Below, piece by piece: positions 63,015 through 64,000 of a stretch of 64,000 nucleotides of DNA (the first letter of the stretch is position 1; the number at the start of each line of letters is the position of its first letter). The translations under genes and the position numbers were made by a program. The notes beneath the pieces were generated by a model. It worked only from the letters and a program-made list of their open reading frames with translations, ran no database searches and was not told the origin of the DNA. The DNA is from Takakia lepidozioides (lineage: Eukaryota > Plantae > Bryophyta), in contig CM060732.1 in the NCBI GenBank assembly GCA_030704615.1, positions 15,004,001 to 15,068,000 on the forward strand, written 5' to 3'.

Positions 63015-63356
63015 CTCAGCACAAAAAATAAGAGGCGATAGAGCTGATGCTGCGGTAAGCATCCATTTCTCAGTGAAACATGATTCCTCTTCTACGAGCT
63101 CTAGTCCTACATCTTGCTTGCCTTCCGACTCCTCCTCATCGGTGTGCAGCGTTCTCAACGAGGCAGATAGTTTACCGGGGATCAATTCTTCAAAGTGCAA
63201 CCCAGATGATGGGCGGTAATGCAATGGATGATTTCTGACGAGGCCCCTAAGCGACAGCAAGGAGGAGCAGTTATGTGAAGAACTTGCAGCTGCAGCACGG
63301 GACAACGTACTTCTGCATCCCAGCGCAGCTGTTGCCTGTAAAGCCAATACGGCCAT
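63015..63356 (-). CDS. Possible first coding exon of an organelle-targeted protein
   Basis: MAVLALQATAALGCRSTLSRAAAASSS is transit-peptide-like; ends at GAG|GT; no downstream exon identified. Confidence 0.3.
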
Positions 63357-64000
63357 CTTGAGCACTTCTGCAATGCGGGGCAGTGCAGAGGTGTTTTGCA
63401 GGCTTCTGTGAGAGATCTAGAAACGAGCTATGGCGATGGAAAGCGTGGCTGGGCCGGGCCCAACACCATCATCCAGGCACTGGTCCTGGACAATACCATG
63501 ATACCTGCATCTCCATCGTCTTTCCAATCAGTACAGGAGCACACTCTACCTCTTCCACGCGTGGCGTCATTGCATTTGCAGCCGCGAAAGCCTATAGATC
63601 ATCATGTGCCAAATGTCCTTTGTGGAGTCTAGGTACTCGCAAAGAACGTGGGGACCCAGCTCGAGCCTCACAAACCTTGAGGCAAAGGAACCCACGAGAC
63701 CCAGTTACCGCAATTTTCTTGTAGTCTGCAGAGGGTGGGTAACCCCATACTATAATGCCGCTTGTAATGGCTATTTCCAATTTTGTTGTAGGATCCCCTG
63801 TATTCTAAAGAGGGCCCCAGTTCGGAGATGGAAACTTATCTGGCAGGGAAAGACAAAGCTGTGGTGGATTAAGAGGAACAAGGGGGAATTGGGTGTGGCA
63901 CATAAGCAGATCCTAGTGCTGGAACCACAAGCAACCATATTTTTCACCTGCTTTCTGTAGTTGAGGTTCAATCTTAGAGAAGTGCACTTGTAAGTTACCT

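Overview
Repeat-rich eukaryotic nuclear DNA, inferred to be from a non-seed land plant (bryophyte-like) because it carries a Tcn1-type chromovirus, a Dualen/RandI LINE, PLS-class PPR and F-box/kelch relics. No intact host gene is evident. Almost everything is nested, decayed mobile DNA reshuffled by inversions and an inverted duplication. The two strongest signals are retrotransposons that each pair a chromatin reader with a methyltransferase-type domain. (1) A Dualen-type LINE (1-5099) whose ORF2 carries a chromodomain and a PCIF1/CAPAM-like N6-adenine methyltransferase-fold domain between RT and the C-terminal restriction-like endonuclease. (2) An 11-kb Ty3/Gypsy-type element (45089-56124) with a DNMT3/DRM-like C5-cytosine methyltransferase between protease and RT, a C-terminal PHD finger, and split direct repeats (A-coding-B-A-B) instead of ordinary LTRs. 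A tRNA-derived SINE family (4 copies) shares a covarying 3-way-junction RNA tail with the LINE. Domain calls are by eye from motif recall, with no database search. Both key elements are pseudogenised here.
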